A stretch of 64,000 nt of DNA from Candidatus Anderseniibacteriota bacterium (GTDB taxonomy: Bacteria > Patescibacteriota > Andersenbacteria > UBA10190), in NCBI GenBank assembly GCA_016197005.1, contig JACPWO010000001.1, forward strand, positions 153,134 through 217,133, in the 5' to 3' direction. Positions 58,658 through 64,000 of the stretch are shown in pieces (the stretch's first letter is position 1; the number at the start of each line of letters is the position of its first letter). Below the pieces are notes generated by a model. That model did not search any database. It was given only the letters and a program-made list of their open reading frames with translations, and had not been told where the DNA came from. Position numbers and translations under genes: made by a program.

Positions 58658-59869
58658 ATGAGGGTAATGAGACGGGGTTTTAGTATCCTTCTTGCGATTT
58701 TAGTAGTTGCTGGCACTACCAGTCCTGTTTTATCGAACGCAAAAACAATTGAAGAGCTACGAGACGAATTGAAAGGGAAACGGGACTCCTTGAAAGCTAC
58801 TGAAGACAGAATTAAGGCTTTTCAGTCAGAAATTCAGGAAAAGAAACACCAGGCTCGTACCTTAGCCGATCAAATTGAACTGATTGACGATAGTGTTGAA
58901 GAAATGGAGCTAGACATAACAAAAACAGAACAGGAGATTGAAAAAACTCAGGTTGAAGTTGAGTCAGTAGAAGAAGAGATCCGGCTTAAAGAAGAGGAGA
59001 TAGCTCACCAAAAAGAAATTCTGTCTGAATATATTCGGCAACTGTACCGACTTGACCAACAGTCGACGGTAACAGTGCTTCTTAAATACCAAACATTTTC
59101 CGAAGCGATGAATGAAGCAGCCACTATTCAAGAATTGCAGAACCGGGCACAACAGACACTGGTGACTATCCAAAGCCTTCACGAAGAGCTGGTTACAAAG
59201 AAACGGGAACTTGAAGACTTTAAACAATCCCTTGAAGCACTCCATACTCGTCAACAAAGACAGCAAGATATTTTAGCTACTCAGCGTGAATCAAAGCAAC
59301 GAATACTTAGTCTGACGAATCAACAGGAAGCGCAATATCACAACTTGTTGCAAGAAGCACAACAAGCTCATCAAGAGGCTGAGGCTTCTATTAAAGAACT
59401 CGATTCGAAGATCCGAGAAGAACTGAAACGGCAGGGAATTGGTAACTTACCTTCAATTGGTACTCTCGACTGGCCGATCGAACCGATCTTTGGCATCTCG
59501 TGTGGGTTCCACTGCGCTGGCTATCCATATGAATACTTAATTGGTCCGCACTCCGCTATAGATATTCCAACCCATGTTGGCACCTCAATCAAAGCTCCAG
59601 CCGATGGATATGTCGCGCGCACTCATGACTCAGGAGGACCGGGGTACAGCTACATCCTTATTATTCACGGAGACAACATCTCTACTGTATACGGACACGT
59701 CTCCGGATTCGCGGTTAACGAAGGACAGCTTATCACTCGAGGAACGGTGATTGGATACACGGGTGGCGCTGCCGGAAGCAGGGGCTCTGGCTTATCTTCT
59801 GGTCCTCATCTACATTTTGAAGTACGACAGAATAACGTACCGGTTAATCCAATGAATTTCTTAAACTAG
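58658..59869 (+). CDS. M23-family metallopeptidase with an N-terminal coiled coil (EnvC-like murein hydrolase)
   Basis: A signal/TM segment is followed by a long coiled coil and then the C-terminal M23 motifs HSAIDIP...GHVS...GPHLHFEV. Confidence 0.8.
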   Translation: MRVMRRGFSILLAILVVAGTTSPVLSNAKTIEELRDELKGKRDSLKATEDRIKAFQSEIQEKKHQARTLADQIELIDDSVEEMELDITKTEQEIEKTQVEVESVEEEIRLKEEEIAHQKEILSEYIRQLYRLDQQSTVTVLLKYQTFSEAMNEAATIQELQNRAQQTLVTIQSLHEELVTKKRELEDFKQSLEALHTRQQRQQDILATQRESKQRILSLTNQQEAQYHNLLQEAQQAHQEAEASIKELDSKIREELKRQGIGNLPSIGTLDWPIEPIFGISCGFHCAGYPYEYLIGPHSAIDIPTHVGTSIKAPADGYVARTHDSGGPGYSYILIIHGDNISTVYGHVSGFAVNEGQLITRGTVIGYTGGAAGSRGSGLSSGPHLHFEVRQNNVPVNPMNFLN

Positions 59870-60533
59870 TCTCTATGAGTACTGATCCAGATGATGTATT
59901 CGAATCAATCTTTATGTGGACCTTACCATTTTGGGGTCCATTCTACGGGATTTACTACATCATTCGTTTTATATGGAAGGAAACTCACTCCAAACGACCA
60001 TAAGTCTATAAACAGATAATAAGTACCCTTCAGCGCTCTAAAAGAGCGCTGAGAGCGTTTAAATGCTCTCGTATGGCTCTAGGTACTTAAAAGCCCTTAT
60101 AGAAGCACATAGAGGGTTAAAAGAAGCTAGATGCTAGGTACGAAAGAGGTATGTAGAGATATCAAAATTAAAATAAATTAATGAATATTCAATACATAAA
60201 GGCGAGTGTAAGTACAAAATTATTTAGCAGAGAAGGGAAGATGACGGAGAGAAGTATATATGACTCGGAATGACGATGCGCATAACATGCGCAAAGGTCA
60301 AAAACAGTGTGACGGAGGGGTAGAGGAAAGAACTGAACATAGTCGCACAATGTATATTTTACGACAAGAACATCCGTGAAACTTATCCACAGGTTAGACC
60401 ATGTTTCACTGTTTGTGGCAATAACTTCTCAAAATGAATTTTGGAATTCATTCTTTGCTTTATACAGGCCACTGTAACAATTGCGGAGTAGTACAAAGTA
60501 CTCCCTCCTCTTCCCCACTTTTGGAGGTAGGGG

Positions 60534-60974
60534 TCATTCCCCTATTTTCTCTTTGGCGCAGGCACTTGGTTCATATCCTGCCTCCTCCGCTTCCCTACTA
60601 GAAGCAAACCATACTTTATTTTCCTCGTTTATCCTGGCCGCCGTAGAACACGTGACGTGGTGATATAAGTTTGAGTTAACACTGGCAACAAACTGACCCT
60701 GCTGAGCACCAGCTACGGCGGGCGTAGTGATGCGAGAGGGCTCCTTTAAGGCAACTCCTTCCGCCTGGAGCGCTTGAAGCTCCGTGAGCGATCCACCCGA
60801 ACTGGCACAGTCTGTACACTGCCGATCCTGGAAAATGATGGGTTGGGCGGTGGCATATGGCGAGGTAGTACGACCAATTAATATGCCAGCTAAGAAGAGG
60901 CAAAGCCCCGCCATGATGCTGCCAATTTCTTGCCGGTGCTGCTGAAGGGTGATCCAAACTTTTGTCAGATCCAT
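60534..60974 (-). CDS. Membrane-anchored protein with a C-terminal Cys/His motif that resembles the Ada-type zinc-binding domain.
   Basis: An N-terminal TM segment is present. The C-terminus reads YHHVTCSTAARINEENKVWFASSREAEEAGYEPSACA. Compare the Ada N-terminal domain pattern Y..V.TTGIYCRPSC........V.FF.S..EA..AGFRPC.RC. Confidence 0.4.
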   Translation of the reverse strand: MDLTKVWITLQQHRQEIGSIMAGLCLFLAGILIGRTTSPYATAQPIIFQDRQCTDCASSGGSLTELQALQAEGVALKEPSRITTPAVAGAQQGQFVASVNSNLYHHVTCSTAARINEENKVWFASSREAEEAGYEPSACAKEKIGE

Positions 60975-62200
60975 ACGATTCAGTGTACCTTAGACCCCGT
61001 ATGCATATCTATTACTTTCAGCTTGGTACTCATTTCCAGCTATCTCGCTTGGAAATCGAGAAAGTACTCCTGAAACTCAAGGTAGAGGCAACTCCTGATA
61101 TGGTTGGGCAGTTTTTACGCGTCTCTACTCCTACTGAACTTCCGGACACATTATTGAGTCAATTAGGGGGCACCGAGCGGATTCTAAAACATATGGCAAC
61201 GTTTTCTCATCAACCCGAGCCAAACGACATCCTGGAGGCTCTCGCTCCCCTACCGCCGAAGTGGAAGATTGGACTGAGCGTACTCGGCGCTTCCAGTCCG
61301 CTGAATTTACAGCGTTTGGGAATAGATATTAAAAAAGCTGCGAGGGAACAGGAATCTAAAGTAGCCTTCATTATTCCTGCTGGACGGAGCACTCACCTTA
61401 ACGCCGCCCAGGTCATATTTAACCGTCTCACGAAGGATTCCAACGTTGAACTCTTTTTGTTTCCACATAAAGACGAGTGGGTAGCGGCAAAGACGCTCCA
61501 CGTTCAAGACATTCAAGCCTACGAAAAGCGAGATACCAGACGTCCGGTCCGAGATCCAAAGGCGGGAATGCTGCCACCGAAACTGGCTCAAATTATGATC
61601 AATATTGCCACTGGAAGTTTGCCTCCAGATTCTGAAGAAATAACAATTCTCGACCCATTTTGTGGAGCCGGGACTGTTTTGCAAGAGGGTTGGCTTATGA
61701 GATACCGCATGCTCGGCAGCGATGCGGACACAAAGATGATCGACGCCTCCGAAGCGAACTTGCGATGGCTGGCAGACAATTTTTCGGTAGATACTACTAT
61801 TCCCCCACTTCTCCGAATTCATGATGTACAACATCCGTTTCCAGTTGACTACAACGGGATTGTCTCTGCTATTGTCACTGAACCATATCTGGGGAAGGCA
61901 CGGAGCACTCCCCTACTCCAGCAAATTGCTGACCGCGACATCAAAAAGCTTATTAAAATGTACAAGCTGTTTTACAAAAATATGCATTCCGCCCTTATGC
62001 CAGAAGGCCTTATTTTAGCCGCGCTGCCACAAATAAAGACGTCTTCGGGGTGGGCATATTTCCCACCGGAGTTTATTGACGAAATAAGCAGAATCGGTTA
62101 CCGTCTACAGCAGCTCTCCTCTACCCCTCGCGGAACTTTAGTGTATAAACGTCCAGATGCGGTAGTTGCTCGAGAGCTTATAATGTTTCGTAAGGCGTAA
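60962..62200 (+). CDS. Putative class I SAM-dependent methyltransferase (RlmL/Trm11-like RNA m2G or N6A type)
   Basis: Motif I is [15 protein letters not shown]. Motif IV-like is AIVTEPYLG. An N-terminal domain of about 200 aa is also present. Confidence 0.5.
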   Translation: MSDPYDSVYLRPRMHIYYFQLGTHFQLSRLEIEKVLLKLKVEATPDMVGQFLRVSTPTELPDTLLSQLGGTERILKHMATFSHQPEPNDILEALAPLPPKWKIGLSVLGASSPLNLQRLGIDIKKAAREQESKVAFIIPAGRSTHLNAAQVIFNRLTKDSNVELFLFPHKDEWVAAKTLHVQDIQAYEKRDTRRPVRDPKAGMLPPKLAQIMINIATGSLPPDSEEITILDPFCGAGTVLQEGWLMRYRMLGSDADTKMIDASEANLRWLADNFSVDTTIPPLLRIHDVQHPFPVDYNGIVSAIVTEPYLGKARSTPLLQQIADRDIKKLIKMYKLFYKNMHSALMPEGLILAALPQIKTSSGWAYFPPEFIDEISRIGYRLQQLSSTPRGTLVYKRPDAVVARELIMFRKA

Positions 62201-62235
62201 GACTGCCTACAATATACTCACTCCTAACTAGATAT

Positions 62236-62514
62236 ATGGCACATAAAAAAGCAGGTGGCTCAACAAAACTCGGACGCGATTCAGCTAGTAAACGACTAGG
62301 TGTTAAGATTTACGGTGGTCAGCCGGCTAATCCTGGTGAAGTTATTATTCGCCAGCGTGGCACCCGTTATCGTCCTGGCGTAAATGTCCGCCGAGCTGGA
62401 GATGATACTCTGTACGCTGTTACGGCTGGTACCGTTGAATTTTCCCATCGCAAGGTTAAAAAATTTACCGGTAAACTCGAACAAGCTACATTCGTGAGCG
62501 TGCAAAGCAAGTAG
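62236..62514 (+). CDS. rpmA: 50S ribosomal protein L27
   Basis: [29 protein letters not shown]...[10 protein letters not shown]. Confidence 0.9.
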   Translation: MAHKKAGGSTKLGRDSASKRLGVKIYGGQPANPGEVIIRQRGTRYRPGVNVRRAGDDTLYAVTAGTVEFSHRKVKKFTGKLEQATFVSVQSK

Positions 62515-62530
62515 TAGCACCTAAACTACG

Positions 62531-63058
62531 GTGCCGCCACTTCTTGGCACCCTGACAATTTCCTTTCCCCCAGATACGGAGGATCCCGTGTACGAGAACG
62601 TAGACCCTGGCTTTGTGCAACGCATGGAAGACATGGCTCTCCAATGCTACACAATGAAGGTTAATAAGGTCGAGTCGCGGACAATACGTAATGTTTTCTT
62701 GTGCGTTACAGTCGGAGCTCTTGTTTTCACTAAGACCATCTCTCTTTTGTTTCAACCGCCGGTTAATCTAGAGCCGTTTATCTTTGGTGCCTGCGCTCTC
62801 TGTCTAATTCAAGTTGCCTACGGAATACAAAGGGTTATGTCAAACAAGGAATCAATAAAAACCTTGTCGGATATCAAAGTGTATCTACGTACGTGTGTAC
62901 TATCTCAGGATGATTCCGCTCTTCTCGAGCAACTGGCCGATTTCGTCGCTCGAGGAAATACCAAGGCCATTGCCAGTACTCTCAAGAGAGCAAACGACAG
63001 ACCCGCTTTGCAAAAATCTCCCCTTCTGACACTGATGTCAGAAACGTTCCTTTCTTAG
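62531..63058 (+). CDS. Hypothetical membrane protein
   Basis: Two central TM helices are predicted. Confidence 0.35.
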   Translation: MPPLLGTLTISFPPDTEDPVYENVDPGFVQRMEDMALQCYTMKVNKVESRTIRNVFLCVTVGALVFTKTISLLFQPPVNLEPFIFGACALCLIQVAYGIQRVMSNKESIKTLSDIKVYLRTCVLSQDDSALLEQLADFVARGNTKAIASTLKRANDRPALQKSPLLTLMSETFLS

Positions 63059-63120
63059 CCGCCCCACTAGCGGCTTTTTTCTTATTAAACGCTGGTTACT
63101 AATGAATCCCGGATGATTTG

Positions 63121-64000
63121 TCAGTTCTTTTTGCTGTGTTTCTTAGCAGCAGCAATAAATGCATTAAATAAAGGATGTCCGTCGAGAGGACGAGAGGTAA
63201 ATTCAGGATGAAATTGAACCCCAACAAACCAAGGATGATCGGCTAACTCAATAATTTCCACTAGTCGCTTATCTGGCGTTGTGCCAGCAATTACGAGACC
63301 AGCTTGTTCTAGTTTTTCACGGTATTCATTGTTAAATTCGTACCGGTGTCGATGCCGTTCCCGAATTTTCTTTTGACCGTATGCAGCAAAAGTTTGTGTA
63401 TTTAGTTTAAGCACACAATCCCACCCTCCAAGGCGCATAGTCCCACCCTTATCGGTAATTGTTTTCTGATCATCCATAATATGGATAACGCAGGTATGTT
63501 CCGGAAAGGTATTGGCATTTTTTCGCACTCCCCTACTTCCCTTTTCCCGGTTGTCTACAAATTCTTCGCTTGTTGCTTGCGGGAAACCAGCAACGTTACG
63601 AGCAAATTCAATTGTGGCCAGCTGCATCCCCAGACATAAACCAAAGTATGGGATTTTATTTTCCCGGGCATACGTAATAGCGGTTATCTTCCCTTCGGTA
63701 CCGCGCACTCCAAATCCTCCCGGAACAACGATACCCGCTACATCTTTTAACATCTCAGAAGATTTTTCTACTTTCTCCGCATCTATCCAGCGTAAATCTA
63801 AATCAACACCGTTTTGCCAACAGGCTGCTTTAAGAGCTTCAACCAAACTCGCATACGTGTCCAGCATGGTGGTGTACTTACCCACCATCGCAATAGGTAG
63901 TTTCGCTTTTTTCTTTTTGATCGTTTTTATAAGAGTATTCCAACGGGTGTGATTGCGTCGCTTTGGCTTGAGTGCCAATTTTTTCATAATGGCTTTATCC
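63121..64000 (-). CDS. pyrG: CTP synthase, C-terminal glutamine amidotransferase domain. It is partial: the N-terminal synthetase domain lies beyond the window end.
   Basis: GLCLGMQLATIEFARNVAG carries the GATase Cys. HPWFVGVQFHPEF carries the His. The ORF is open past 64000. Confidence 0.85.
   Translation of the reverse strand, partial: DKAIMKKLALKPKRRNHTRWNTLIKTIKKKKAKLPIAMVGKYTTMLDTYASLVEALKAACWQNGVDLDLRWIDAEKVEKSSEMLKDVAGIVVPGGFGVRGTEGKITAITYARENKIPYFGLCLGMQLATIEFARNVAGFPQATSEEFVDNREKGSRGVRKNANTFPEHTCVIHIMDDQKTITDKGGTMRLGGWDCVLKLNTQTFAAYGQKKIRERHRHRYEFNNEYREKLEQAGLVIAGTTPDKRLVEIIELADHPWFVGVQFHPEFTSRPLDGHPLFNAFIAAAKKHSKKN

Noticed and set aside
60200-60260. Purine-rich stretch (gaagggaag...atgacg) reminiscent of the SRP RNA domain IV motif
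   Set aside because: Only a loose resemblance. The conserved GGAAGGAAGCAGC core and the flanking helices are not present.
1-64000. CRISPR arrays or rRNA genes
   Set aside because: No regularly spaced direct repeats and no rRNA-like conserved segments were seen anywhere in the window.

Overview
This window reads as a compact bacterial chromosome with short intergenic gaps. My guess is a CPR/Patescibacteria-like organism, based only on gene content, so it is inference. The left ~9.3 kb (1..9358) is visibly AT-richer than the rest. Hand counts of a few sampled 60-nt lines gave roughly 33-40% GC there against roughly 48-55% GC elsewhere. That left block looks like an integrated mobile element inserted at a tRNA-Gln(TTG). 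It carries a large serine recombinase whose 3' end overlaps the tRNA. It also carries a PrimPol/P-loop primase-helicase, an excisionase-like HTH gene and a winged-helix regulator transcribed divergently from it, and several small hypothetical proteins. At the window edge there is a co-oriented cargo operon ending in the N-terminal PD-(D/E)xK nuclease domain of an MmeI-like (Type IIL/IIG) restriction-modification enzyme. The three hypothetical genes in front of that nuclease domain are the best candidate for an undescribed accessory or defence module. The remaining ~55 kb is core genome. It contains a Xer-like tyrosine recombinase, a ParB homolog and an N-terminally extended sigma-70. It contains xseAB and ndh, and a cell-envelope cluster with DacA-like, FtsB-like, HtrA, FtsEX and an M23 peptidase. 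It contains prfB with the canonical CTT TGA C +1 frameshift site, and ppa, rpiB, rpe and a split transketolase. It contains a complete archaeal-type V/A-ATPase operon (atpHIKECFABD) and no F-type genes in the window. It contains a PriA-like protein with degenerate helicase motifs, class I RNR (nrdAB), gltX, rpmA and the 3' part of pyrG. Five tRNAs are present: two Gln, Arg, Gly and Thr. No CRISPR array or rRNA was seen. Several small genes missing from the ORF track have support from promoter, SD and terminator sequences. There are also noncoding regions with conspicuous nested inverted repeats, at 7515..7620 and 59870..60533.
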